46,478 nucleotides of DNA from an uncultured Thiotrichales bacterium. GTDB lineage: Bacteria > Pseudomonadota > Gammaproteobacteria > UWMA-0217. The translations under genes and the position numbers were made by a program. Positions 1-9,263 of the stretch are shown one piece after another. Location: positions 1-46,478 of the forward strand of contig CAZNYF010000001.1 in assembly GCA_964577195.1 (NCBI GenBank), given 5' to 3'. The notes below the pieces were generated by a model. That model searched no databases. It was not told where the DNA came from and saw only the letters and a program-made list of their open reading frames with translations. How positions within the stretch are numbered: the first letter of the stretch is position 1; each line of letters opens with the position of its first letter.

Positions 1-167
1 GTTACTCCCAGCCAATTTTTATAGTGAGCGAGGATTCTGGATTTTAAAATCTGTTCTTTGTGCTGTGCTGATGGATCATTTTTGTAACGCGCATTTTGGT
101 GAGCGCAGCCTGATATCACCAACAGTAGTACTAGGTATCCAGAGTATAAAATACACTTTCTAATCAT
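1..167 (-). CDS. lipoprotein, N-terminal part only (gene runs off the left edge); possibly NlpC/P60-type
   Basis: Not in the ORF track because fewer than 60 aa are visible. Hand translation of the reverse strand from ATG at 167-165 gives MIRKCILYSGYLVLLLVISGCAHQNARYKNDPSAQHKEQILKSRILAHYKNWLGV. It has a hydrophobic signal region followed by the lipobox V-I-S-G-C. The start overlaps the stop of the 160..585 gene by 8 nt. The YKNWLGV stretch resembles the region before the catalytic Cys of NlpC/P60 lipoproteins, but too little sequence is visible to be sure. Confidence 0.45.
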   Translation of the reverse strand, partial: MIRKCILYSGYLVLLLVISGCAHQNARYKNDPSAQHKEQILKSRILAHYKNWLGV

Positions 168-585
168 GTTCAAAATTTAAAGGTGCTTTTTTAGCTTTTT
201 TTCTTACCCAGTTCATGCTTTTAGTCACAGCTGGGCGACTCAACAGATATTTTTCAAATTTATACTTCGCAGGAAAGTCCATTAATGAAAGCCCAATCAG
301 CATTGTCAGTATTCCCTGACCGGGTAGCGCGAGCATAATGAGCCCCAGCAAGAAAAGTAAGACACCCGCTATATTTTTTAATATTTTTATCGTGATATAG
401 ACGACAGGGTGGAGGTTCTTTATTTTACTGAGCCGTCGTTCGCTACCGAGAAAGTAATTTTCAGGTAAACGAATGATTAACCAGGGTATGATGATTAACG
501 ACCCAATAAAGGAAATAACCGATACCGTTATCAGGAAAGTGACTAAATCGGTGTTTGAATATAGTTGTTGTAGCATAGGGGCCAA
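160..585 (-). CDS. small inner-membrane protein, possibly PGPGW-type
   Basis: 141-aa ORF with several hydrophobic helices (ITVSVISFIGSLIIIPWLII; GVLLFLLGLIMLALPGQGILTMLIGL). The LPGQG turn resembles the PGPGW-family signature. It overlaps the downstream lipoprotein start, suggesting one operon. Confidence 0.6.
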   Translation of the reverse strand: MAPMLQQLYSNTDLVTFLITVSVISFIGSLIIIPWLIIRLPENYFLGSERRLSKIKNLHPVVYITIKILKNIAGVLLFLLGLIMLALPGQGILTMLIGLSLMDFPAKYKFEKYLLSRPAVTKSMNWVRKKAKKAPLNFEHD

Positions 586-589
586 TTTA

Positions 590-868
590 ATGAAAACATT
601 ACCAGCAAACTTAAATTCTCATAAAAGAACGCCAGAGTTTGATGAAAACTCAGTGCCTAAAGGCTTGTTGGGTGAGCATACTACAGCGAAAGATGTCTGG
701 GGGCTGATTCGGGTGACTGAAGGGTCTTTGGTCTATCGAATCCTAGAGCCCGAGGTTGAAGATATTCTGCTCGATCCCTCTATGGCTGGGGTGGTGGAGC
801 CACAAGTCGTCCATCAAGTCATTGTTGACGGGCAGGTGAAATTTTTTGTTGAATTTTACCGAAAATAG
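590..868 (+). CDS. DUF1971 domain protein (TehB C-terminal / YeaR-like)
   Basis: Tail of ORF 473..868. The first in-frame ATG that does not overlap the opposite-strand gene is at 590 (MKTLPANL...). The sequence RTPEFDENSVPKGLLGEHTTAKDVWGLIRV..GSLVY....PQVVHQV...GQVKFFVEFYR matches the DUF1971 pattern as I recall it. Confidence 0.65.
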   Translation: MKTLPANLNSHKRTPEFDENSVPKGLLGEHTTAKDVWGLIRVTEGSLVYRILEPEVEDILLDPSMAGVVEPQVVHQVIVDGQVKFFVEFYRK

Positions 869-3800
869 CTTTTAGCCAGTTTATCCAGGCGTTTGGGGGA
901 GACTTTGCCTTTTACTCCTAGCTCTTGAGCGAATAGAGAAACTCGTAGTTCTTCTAGCAACCAACGAAATTCTATTGCCGCAGCGGACGTGCTCTGGCCT
1001 TCTGTTAGGTCGCTAAATATTTTTTGAAGTGGTTCTATTTCTACCCGCCTATGGCGGTCTTTATCTGGTTCTATGTCGAGCTTTTGCAGTCGTTTCTCTA
1101 TCGCATGAAGATAGCGGGGAATATCTGCCAGCCGCTCGAACGGAGTGACTAAAAGGAATCCCGGAAAGACCAGTGCTTCAAGCTGTGTTTTAATATCCGC
1201 AGCGGCTTCGATCCGGTTCAGTGGCAAATTGCCTTTGAGTTGTTTTCTGATTTTAATCGCTGGTTCAAGAATTGGCTCCAGCGCTGCTGCTATGGTAGTG
1301 GCGATTGGCAAGAGCTCTGACTCGTGATTTTCGAGTAATTGTTTAAAGTCTTCTGCGGAACGAATCTGGGGATCGCCGCTAAGAAATGCGCTTTGGATTG
1401 ACGCGCTGATCAGGTCATCTTTTAAGGTTTGACAAGTTCCTATGGTGGTAAAGCGCAGGCAGTTTTTCTGCATCTCAGGCAGGTTGTTATCGAGATAGCG
1501 TATTTGGTGTTTCAATTTACTCCGCAGTAATTCTCGTAAACCGCTGGTCATAGCTTGTTGCGCTATCTCCTTAGTGTTGAATAACTTTAGGCTTATGCCA
1601 TTTTTTGATACGCTGAGTGCCGGATACGATTTAACGCTGTAGCCACCCTCATCCTGATCTATAAACTCAGGAAGCTCGCCAAAATCCCAGTCGGTAATAT
1701 GACTGCGCTCAAAGCTTTTGGTTGATTTTTTCTTGGGTAGCTTTTGAAGGGTGTCTGCCAATGCAGCTTCTAATTTAACGATGTTTCTACCACTTGCCAG
1801 CGTTTTACGCTGTGAGTCGAATACTTCAAAGCGCATGGTTAAATGTGGCTCAAGCGCCTTGGGCCATTCATCTGCCGGCACAACCACCCCGGTCATGCGT
1901 CTTAGTATTTTATCCAAAGCAGATATAAGACTGCCTTTGTTTGTTTCAATGCTTTGCATGGCGGCGTGAGCAAAATCCGGAGCAGGTACAAAGTTTTTTC
2001 GCCAGCGTTTTGGTAGCCCCTTAATTAGGGCAAGTATTTTATCTTCCTGCATCCCTGGTACCAGCCATTCGCATCGCTCAGCATTAATTTGGTGTAAAGC
2101 GCCGAGTGGTACTCGTAATGTCACCCCGTCTTTCTCTGCTCCCGGTTCAAAGCAGTATTCTAGCGGTAAGCGCATTCCATTCTGATCCCAGGTGAGAGGA
2201 AAGGCGTTAACCAATGCATCTTCTGGTTGCTGGTTTTGCAGCAGAGATTCGCTGCTAAGATGAAGAACAGAAGGGTCATCAAGTGTCTTAAACCATTTGT
2301 TAAAAGCAGCACCCGAATGAATATTGTTGGGTAATTTTTGATCATAAAAATTAAATAAGTCATCATCATTAATGAGTAAATCACGTTGTCTTAAACGATT
2401 TTCAATTTTTTCAATATCTTCAATGCTTTTGCGATTATTTTTTATCACTGGAATTTTGCAATCCCATTCACCATAAACTAACGCAAAGCGAATAAAAATT
2501 TCGCGCGCAATGACAGGGTCAACTGATGCATAGTTGATTTTTCGCTTAGGATTAATGATCAATCCATAGAGTGAGAGCCGTTCAAATCCACCCACACGCG
2601 CAGCGCGTTTTTGCCAATGAGGTTCGCTGTAGCTGTGTTTTAATAGGTGTGCGCCGATATGCTCGACCCATTGTGGTTGTATGCCGCCAACCGTTCGCGC
2701 GTAGAGTTTTGTGGTTGCGCTAATTTCTGCAGCCATTAGCCACTTGGGTGTTTTCGTACCCAACCCTGAGCCTGGAAAAATAAATAACTTTTGATTACGG
2801 CAACCTAGATAGAGTTGCTTTTCATCCTTGAGGGCAATGTGATCGAGTAATCCATGTAGTAACGCTTGATGCACTAAATCATATTTCTCTTTGCTTTGAT
2901 TGGCTTTTGCGGGTTTAAATTTAAGTTCTTTACATGCAAGCACCAGTTGTCGATGTGTATCACGCCATTCTCTGAAGCGGCGATAGTTGAGATAAGTTTT
3001 CAGGCATAGCTTGCGGAGTTTTGATTGTGATAATTCCTGATGGTTTTCTTCCAGGTAATTCCAAAGGTTTACCAGTGTGAGAAAATCAGAAGCAGGGTTC
3101 ACAAATGGCTCGTGTTTTAAATCTGCCGCTTGCTGTTTATCATGAGGTCGTTCGCGTGGGTCGCGTACCGTCAGTGCGGTCGTGATTATCAGTATTTCGT
3201 TTAATACTCCTAGTTTATTGGCCGCAACGATCATCCTGCCAAATCTTGGATCAATCGGTAGTTTGGCAATCTGTCTACCCATTTCAGTGAGGTTCTTGCG
3301 TTTGTCGATCGCCTGTAGTTCTTCGAGTAAGCGATAACCATCTCGAATTAATCGGCCATCTGGCGCATCAATAAAAGGAAACTGATCTATCGTACTCAGC
3401 TTGAGTGACGCCATTTGTAAAATGACGGAGGCTAAATTGGTGCGGAGTATTTCGGGATCAGTAAATTCCGGCCGATGATTAAAATCCTCTTCATCGTAGA
3501 GCCTGATACAAATCCCGGGTGCCTCTCGTCCGCAGCGCCCAGCGCGTTGATTGGCTGAAGCCTGAGAAGTTTTCTCGGTAGATAATGTTTGAATTTTGGT
3601 GCGCCAGGAATAGCGAGAGATACGGGCAATGCCTGTATCTATGACATAACGAATACCGGGAATCGTTAGTGATGTTTCAGCAACATTGGTTGAAAGAATC
3701 ACGCGGAGTTTGCCGCCACGGCGAAAGATTTGTTGCTGCTCTTTAGAAGGTAGTCGCGCGTAGAGCGGCAGAATATCCATGCGCTCACGTCGATGCTTCA

Positions 3801-4707
3801 AGCTACGAGATGCTTCGTGAATTTCTCTTTCTCCTGGTAGAAAAACCAGAATATCTCCACGCATACCTCTGCTTAATTCATCAATGGCAGAATCAATTTG
3901 CTGATAAATTGTTTGTGATTCTGCATCAATCGGCACGGGATGATATTGAATATCGACTGGGTAGGTCTTGCCACTCACCTCGATGATTGGGGCATGATCA
4001 AAATGTTTAGCGATACGTTCTGCATCAATCGTTGCGGAGGTGATAATTAGTTTCAGGTCTTTACGTTTTTTTAATAACTGCTTGAGATACCCAAGCAAAA
4101 AATCAATGTTTAGACTGCGTTCATGCGCTTCGTCAATAATGATGGTGTCATATTTACTCAACCACCGATCGTGCTGAATTTCCGCTAGCAAAATACCATC
4201 GGTCATAATTTTAATTAAATTTCGCTCGCTGAGTTTTTGATTAAATCGAGTATGAAAACCGACCAAATCCCCCAGTGATGTTTTTAATTCTTCCGCGATG
4301 CGATTGGAAACAGCCCGTGCAGCAAGTCGCCGAGGCTGAGTATGACCTATGATACCATCTCTGCCCCGCCCGGCTTGCAGGCAGATTTTAGGGAGCTGAG
4401 TGGTTTTTCCTGAACCTGTTTCTCCACACAGTAGAACTATCTGGTTTTTTTGAATAATCTCAGCAATTTCATTATGCTTTTCGCTGACAGGCAGTTGTTC
4501 TGGATAGTTGAGTTCTGGAATGCTTTCTTGTCGCTGCTCTCGTTTAAGTAAGGAAAATTCTATATCGCTTTTAAGCCGAGCCAGTTTTGCCTCATCAGGT
4601 TTTTGCTGTAGCTGGTGGAGCCTTTTAGACAGGCGAAAATAATCACTCCGCATGCATTTATTCAGGGATTGCTGTATTGACCGTTGATCTGAGTTTTGGG
4701 TCATCAA
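856..4707 (-). CDS. hrpA: ATP-dependent RNA helicase HrpA (DEAH-box)
   Basis: 1283 aa, typical HrpA length. Walker A GETGSGKTTQLP, DEAH box IIDEAHERSLNIDF, and helicase motifs VI QRAGRCGR. A long C-terminal extension is characteristic of HrpA rather than HrpB. Confidence 0.95.
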   Translation of the reverse strand: MMTQNSDQRSIQQSLNKCMRSDYFRLSKRLHQLQQKPDEAKLARLKSDIEFSLLKREQRQESIPELNYPEQLPVSEKHNEIAEIIQKNQIVLLCGETGSGKTTQLPKICLQAGRGRDGIIGHTQPRRLAARAVSNRIAEELKTSLGDLVGFHTRFNQKLSERNLIKIMTDGILLAEIQHDRWLSKYDTIIIDEAHERSLNIDFLLGYLKQLLKKRKDLKLIITSATIDAERIAKHFDHAPIIEVSGKTYPVDIQYHPVPIDAESQTIYQQIDSAIDELSRGMRGDILVFLPGEREIHEASRSLKHRRERMDILPLYARLPSKEQQQIFRRGGKLRVILSTNVAETSLTIPGIRYVIDTGIARISRYSWRTKIQTLSTEKTSQASANQRAGRCGREAPGICIRLYDEEDFNHRPEFTDPEILRTNLASVILQMASLKLSTIDQFPFIDAPDGRLIRDGYRLLEELQAIDKRKNLTEMGRQIAKLPIDPRFGRMIVAANKLGVLNEILIITTALTVRDPRERPHDKQQAADLKHEPFVNPASDFLTLVNLWNYLEENHQELSQSKLRKLCLKTYLNYRRFREWRDTHRQLVLACKELKFKPAKANQSKEKYDLVHQALLHGLLDHIALKDEKQLYLGCRNQKLFIFPGSGLGTKTPKWLMAAEISATTKLYARTVGGIQPQWVEHIGAHLLKHSYSEPHWQKRAARVGGFERLSLYGLIINPKRKINYASVDPVIAREIFIRFALVYGEWDCKIPVIKNNRKSIEDIEKIENRLRQRDLLINDDDLFNFYDQKLPNNIHSGAAFNKWFKTLDDPSVLHLSSESLLQNQQPEDALVNAFPLTWDQNGMRLPLEYCFEPGAEKDGVTLRVPLGALHQINAERCEWLVPGMQEDKILALIKGLPKRWRKNFVPAPDFAHAAMQSIETNKGSLISALDKILRRMTGVVVPADEWPKALEPHLTMRFEVFDSQRKTLASGRNIVKLEAALADTLQKLPKKKSTKSFERSHITDWDFGELPEFIDQDEGGYSVKSYPALSVSKNGISLKLFNTKEIAQQAMTSGLRELLRSKLKHQIRYLDNNLPEMQKNCLRFTTIGTCQTLKDDLISASIQSAFLSGDPQIRSAEDFKQLLENHESELLPIATTIAAALEPILEPAIKIRKQLKGNLPLNRIEAAADIKTQLEALVFPGFLLVTPFERLADIPRYLHAIEKRLQKLDIEPDKDRHRRVEIEPLQKIFSDLTEGQSTSAAAIEFRWLLEELRVSLFAQELGVKGKVSPKRLDKLAKSYFR

Positions 4708-4795
4708 TACCCTTTAAATACCGGGGTTCTAGCGAAAGTTAAGCTTCTTTTGGGTGGGGCAATGTTGTCAGAATGTTGGGCTAAGTGAGTACGAT

Positions 4796-5455
4796 TTACT
4801 TTCCCGTACTAATCAACATTGTTTGAATTTTCTCGCTTAGTAACCGAGTTCGTAATTGATTGGCTGCTGCTAAATCTTTAAAAGGACCCACCCTGATTCT
4901 ATGCCAGATGCCATCATTTGATTGGACTTTTTCTATCCGCGATTCCACCCCTAAAATGGCAAGCTTGGCTTTCTGTCTATCTGCCTTGGCGAAAACCCGA
5001 AAAGAACCTGCTTGTAAAATATATTGCCCAGCCTTGGCGGAGTTCGATTGTTTTTTCACCTGCAATAAAGGCTGTATATTATCTTTGCCTTTATAGTGAT
5101 CGATTGGGCTATCAATGGTCTCATCCCGCAGAGTTTCGTAAAAAGTAAATTTATTTTTTGCTGGAGGCGGTTCGATGATAGCGACTGGAGGTACGGCAAC
5201 TTCTGTCAAGGAGGCGGGTTGTTTTATTTTTGGTGTGACCACTTTCGGCGTGGCAACAATTTGCTTAGATTTTGCCGGAGTATTCGCAATTGGCTGTGAA
5301 CCACGAGGGTTTTCTATTGAATAAAGCCAGATAAAAGTCGCAATTAATAAGCCCACAGACAGCCCGGCAACCGCCCATACCCACCCTGGCGATTCTTTTT
5401 TCTTGCTGCTGCTGCGTTTTCGCGAGCGTCTGCTGGTGGTTTTACGTCGTGCCAT
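4796..5455 (-). CDS. SPOR domain-containing protein (bitopic, cell-division associated)
   Basis: Basic N-terminus, one transmembrane helix (WVWAVAGLSVGLLIATFIWLY) and a Pro/Lys-rich linker. The C-terminal SPOR-like repeat is YILQAGSFRVFAKADRQKAKLAILG...WHRIRVGPFKDLAAANQLRTRL. Its position directly downstream of argS is common in Gammaproteobacteria. Confidence 0.8.
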   Translation of the reverse strand: MARRKTTSRRSRKRSSSKKKESPGWVWAVAGLSVGLLIATFIWLYSIENPRGSQPIANTPAKSKQIVATPKVVTPKIKQPASLTEVAVPPVAIIEPPPAKNKFTFYETLRDETIDSPIDHYKGKDNIQPLLQVKKQSNSAKAGQYILQAGSFRVFAKADRQKAKLAILGVESRIEKVQSNDGIWHRIRVGPFKDLAAANQLRTRLLSEKIQTMLISTGK

Positions 5456-5500
5456 ATTATCTTTTTAACGGTTGTGTTTCTAAAACGTTATCTTCCAGGG

Positions 5501-7273
5501 TTACATTTTTTCAGGTGCGGATACGTCAAGCAATTTTAATCCATTTTGAATCACAATTTGCGTTGCACGGCACAAGCTAAGACGCGCATCACGCAGCTCG
5601 ATGTCATCAATCAAAAATTGGTGAGCGTTGTAATAAGTGTGGAATAGTGTAGCCAACTCCCGCAAATATTGTGCAATCCGATGCGGCTCGCGATTAAGTC
5701 CGGCCTTTTCAACCTGCTCGGGATATTTCGCCAGTTGGGTAATTAAACTATTTTCCTGCGGCTCTATCAGTCGAGCATAGCCAGTGCCATCTGCGTTGCC
5801 CGCACCACTAGCAGCTCCGCCGCCATAGCTAGCGTTCGCCTGACGCAGCACGCTACAAATCCGCGCATGTGCATATTGAATGTAATACACCGGGTTTTCA
5901 TTGGATTTGGAGGTCGCGAGATCCAGATCAAAATCCAGGTGCTGATCGTGTCTGCGCATCACGTAAAAGAATCGTGCCGCATCGCGGCCAACTTCTTCGC
6001 GCAGCTCGCGTAGCGTTACGAACTGACCGGAGCGGGTGGACATGGCGAGTTTTTTACCGCCCTTATAGAGTACGGCGAATTGAATCAGCAGCACACCGAG
6101 TCTCTCAGGGTTTTCGCCCATCGCTTCAATTGCGGCTTTCACGCGCGGTACATAACCATGATGATCTGCGCCCCAAATGTCGATGGCTTCATCAACGCGT
6201 TCCAGTTTGTTGAGGTGGTAGGCAATGTCAGAAGCAAAATACGTCGTCTGGCCATTGTTACGGCGCACCACACGATCCTTCTCATCACCAAAATCCGTCG
6301 AGCGAAACCACAACGCGCCATCCTTTTCATAGATTCGGTCGGCAGCTTGCAAACGCTCGATGCAGTTATCGACCGCATTGCTGTCCATCAGCGAGCGTTC
6401 TGAAAACCACTCATCAAAAGTCACGCCAAATTGGGTTAGATCATTGCGAATATTTTCAACAATGGTGTTTAGCCCTTCATCAAAAACCTCGCGGTAAAGA
6501 TCATCGCCAAGTAAATTTTGAGCGCGCTCGATCAGTGCATCAATATGCAGTTCCTTATCGCCACCGGCAGGTTCATCGGCGATGATGTCTGCAAAAATCG
6601 TTGCGGCGGGATGGCGAAACTTATCACCTTGCTCGCGGTGTAGCGTAGCAGCGATATCCCAAACATAATCACCTTGATAACCATTGGCAGGAAACACAAT
6701 CGTCTCACCCGCAAGGTCGAGATAACGCAGCCACACGGAAGCAGCCAGAATGTGCATTTGCCGACCCGCATCATTTACATAATATTCGCGATGTACCTCG
6801 TAACCCAGCGTGTCGAGCAGGTTTGAAACCACTGCGCCATAGGCTGCGCCCCGGCCATGGCCGACATGCAAAGGCCCGGTAGGGTTAGCCGAAACAAACT
6901 CGACCTGCACAGATTTTCCCTCGCCCAGCTTGCTGCTGCCAAACGCTGCTTGCTGCTCGATGATCTGCGCGACAATGCTCTGAGTCACCGCACTGTTTAC
7001 AAAGAAGTTAATAAAGCCTGGCCCCGCGATGGTGGTTTTTTCCACCAGCTCACTCTCCGGCAGAGCCGCAATAATTTTCTCCGCCAGTGCGCGAGGGTTC
7101 ATCCCCGCCATGCGCACAAATTTCATCGCCGCATTGCTGGCAAAGTCACCGTGAGAAGCATCTTTGGTGCGGCTGACTTCGATAGCGCCAGCATCAGGCA
7201 TCTCGCTAAAAACACCTTCTGCGTGCAAAGATTGCAGGGATTCAAGTAACAGTTGTTGGATGGATTCTTTCAA
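5501..7273 (-). CDS. argS: arginine--tRNA ligase
   Basis: Class I HIGH-type motif ANPTGPLHVGHGR and the ArgS-type MSTRSG motif. The open frame extends to ATG 7456 (651 aa), but similarity to typical ArgS N-termini begins at ...KESIQQLLLESL. An in-frame TTG at 7273-7271 would give about 590 aa, the usual length. The start is uncertain; alternatives are 7393 (ATG) and 7456 (ATG). Confidence 0.9.
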   Translation of the reverse strand: MKESIQQLLLESLQSLHAEGVFSEMPDAGAIEVSRTKDASHGDFASNAAMKFVRMAGMNPRALAEKIIAALPESELVEKTTIAGPGFINFFVNSAVTQSIVAQIIEQQAAFGSSKLGEGKSVQVEFVSANPTGPLHVGHGRGAAYGAVVSNLLDTLGYEVHREYYVNDAGRQMHILAASVWLRYLDLAGETIVFPANGYQGDYVWDIAATLHREQGDKFRHPAATIFADIIADEPAGGDKELHIDALIERAQNLLGDDLYREVFDEGLNTIVENIRNDLTQFGVTFDEWFSERSLMDSNAVDNCIERLQAADRIYEKDGALWFRSTDFGDEKDRVVRRNNGQTTYFASDIAYHLNKLERVDEAIDIWGADHHGYVPRVKAAIEAMGENPERLGVLLIQFAVLYKGGKKLAMSTRSGQFVTLRELREEVGRDAARFFYVMRRHDQHLDFDLDLATSKSNENPVYYIQYAHARICSVLRQANASYGGGAASGAGNADGTGYARLIEPQENSLITQLAKYPEQVEKAGLNREPHRIAQYLRELATLFHTYYNAHQFLIDDIELRDARLSLCRATQIVIQNGLKLLDVSAPEKM

Positions 7274-7561
7274 GTCCAGACTCGTCAGTGGGGAATCAAG
7301 GGATTGTACCGAAATTGGCTGGATGAATGATAGGTTTCCCAAGTAACTAGGCAACCCGCTTCTAACAAATATGACGCACGGGTTAAGAGGCATTGCTTGT
7401 CTCTCAATAAGCCCATATGTGTGTGAGCCAAGCTTGTTTGACATCAATGTATACATGATAAGGCTCGTTGTCTCTCATATTTAAGGTTTTTTGATGCACA
7501 AGTTAAGTAGGCCTTTACTGATTAAGGTCGACGCTTTTTGATGGTCAAATATTTAAAAGTA

Positions 7562-7591
7562 TTGACATTAAACTGTTTTGTCATCAATAAT
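7562..7591 (+). promoter_or_regulatory. candidate sigma70 promoter for the fic gene
   Basis: Perfect -35 TTGACA at 7562-7567, an 18-nt spacer, then AATAAT at 7586-7591. The ATG at 7620 lies about 25 nt downstream of the predicted start site. Pattern match only. Confidence 0.35.
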
Positions 7592-7619
7592 ATTGAAATA
7601 TTTAATCACAAATATTGCG

Positions 7620-8741
7620 ATGGAACTCAATCTCAAAGACGCAACTCGCTATCATTACGACAAATTTCCGCCTGAAAGCCTTAATTACGAGGCGTTTGTT
7701 CCCCAGCTTCTGGCAGCGACAGATGCGATTGCAAGATATGACCAAATGCTTAAAAGCATGCACAACAGTGAGATTTTGTTGGCTCCTATGCGAAATCAAG
7801 AGGCGGTAGTGTCATCTCGCATGGAAGGAACCATCAGTACAATGGATGAAATCCTGCAATATGAAGCTGATTATGGGGATGAAACCGAGGTAAATACCAA
7901 GGTTCGATCAGAGGTGGTTGAAACTATTTTATACCAGCGGGCACTGCGTAGTGCTCAGCAAGCGATGGAGTCTGGATACCCGCTTTCAATTTCTTTAGTG
8001 AAAGCTATCCATAAGGAGCTGCTTTCATTTGGACGTGGTGCTAAAAAATCCCCCGGGGAGTTAAAGAATGAGCAGAATTATCTGGCAGACAAGTATAAAA
8101 AGAGCATTCTATTTATCCCGATCAGCCCGGAAAAGCTTCAAGATGGTTTGGATGAATTATTCAAATACATGCAAAGTGACCGTCATCCTGTACTTGTTCG
8201 TACCGCTTTGGCGCACATTGAATTTGAAGCGCTGCACCCCTTTAAAGATGGCAATGGTCGAATTGGCCGAATGCTGATTACGCTGATGATGTGGGCTTCG
8301 AATTCAATTTCAGCACCTCATTTTTATATCAGTAGCTACTTTGAAGAGAATAAGGATTTATACATAGATACGATGCGTAATGTTTCGGAAAATGGGGATT
8401 GGGATGCATGGTGTCGATTTTTCCTTGAAGCGGTGTATCAGCAAGCGACTAGAAACCTTGAAATCGCGGAAGAAATTCGCACGCTTTATGAAGCAATGAA
8501 AATTGAATTTGCAGATCTTTTAGCATCCAAATGGAGTGTTGTTGCACTAGACTATATTTTTACTAACCCAGTATTTAGAAACAATCGCTTCACTCAAAAA
8601 AGTGGTATTCCTGCGGCATCTGCTGCTCGTTTCACGCGAGTGTTATTGGATAATGGGCTGCTGACGACTAGAGAGGAAGCATCAGGTCGTCGACCTGCAA
8701 TGTATTCCTTTGAGCCGCTTATGCAGCTTGTTCGAGTTTAG
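7620..8741 (+). CDS. Fic family protein (AMPylase-type), class II with N-terminal inhibitory helix and C-terminal winged-helix-like region
   Basis: Fic core motif HPFKDGNGRIGR at 8235-8270. Inhibitory motif (S/T)xxxE(G/N) as SSRMEG at 7812-7829. The track start 7578 is a TTG lying inside the predicted promoter, so ATG 7620 (MELNLKD...) is preferred. Confidence 0.9.
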   Translation: MELNLKDATRYHYDKFPPESLNYEAFVPQLLAATDAIARYDQMLKSMHNSEILLAPMRNQEAVVSSRMEGTISTMDEILQYEADYGDETEVNTKVRSEVVETILYQRALRSAQQAMESGYPLSISLVKAIHKELLSFGRGAKKSPGELKNEQNYLADKYKKSILFIPISPEKLQDGLDELFKYMQSDRHPVLVRTALAHIEFEALHPFKDGNGRIGRMLITLMMWASNSISAPHFYISSYFEENKDLYIDTMRNVSENGDWDAWCRFFLEAVYQQATRNLEIAEEIRTLYEAMKIEFADLLASKWSVVALDYIFTNPVFRNNRFTQKSGIPAASAARFTRVLLDNGLLTTREEASGRRPAMYSFEPLMQLVRV

Positions 8742-8765
8742 TATGAGCCTTATTGAGTCCAAACT

Positions 8766-9263
8766 ATGACATACAACGATATTTTACGTCGGCTACGTTA
8801 CAGCTTTAATTATTCTGATGACAAAATGATGGCCATTTTCGCTTTGGCCGATCACAAAGTCTCACGGGAGCAGCTGAGTAATTGGTTAAAGAAAGATGAT
8901 GCTGACGATTTCCAGGAAATTAAAGATGCTGATCTAGCGCTATTTTTAAATGGCTTAATCAATGACCGGCGCGGTAAACGCGAAGGCGCGCAGCCACCAC
9001 CAGAGCAGCGGCTTAATAACAATATTATTCTTCGCAAATTAAAAATTGCGCTGGATCTGCAAGATCACGAAATTCTGGATTTAATGGATCTTACCGACAT
9101 GAAATTAAGCCGTCATGAGCTGAGTGCGTTTTTTCGTAAAGTAGGGCACAAGCATTATCGCCAGTGCAAAGATCAGGTGTTGCGTAATTTTATTTATGGC
9201 GTGCAGCGAAAATATCGTCCAGACAAGCCAGCGCCTGCCGATTCGCCGTGGACAAAGAAATGA
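8766..9263 (+). CDS. DUF1456 family protein (YehS-like)
   Basis: 165 aa. Two internal repeats begin NDILRRLRYSFNYSD and NIILRKLKIALDLQD, the duplicated DUF1456 architecture as in E. coli YehS. Confidence 0.75.
   Translation: MTYNDILRRLRYSFNYSDDKMMAIFALADHKVSREQLSNWLKKDDADDFQEIKDADLALFLNGLINDRRGKREGAQPPPEQRLNNNIILRKLKIALDLQDHEILDLMDLTDMKLSRHELSAFFRKVGHKHYRQCKDQVLRNFIYGVQRKYRPDKPAPADSPWTKK

Noticed and set aside
473-589. N-terminal 39 codons of the 473..868 ORF
   Set aside because: They overlap the well-supported opposite-strand membrane-protein gene. DUF1971 similarity begins after ATG 590.
856-7456. Numerous 60-130-aa ORFs antisense to or out of frame within hrpA and argS, and similarly within priA, soeA, dbpA and the bat genes
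   Set aside because: All are fully embedded in long genes with unambiguous family motifs. This is typical shadow-ORF behaviour.
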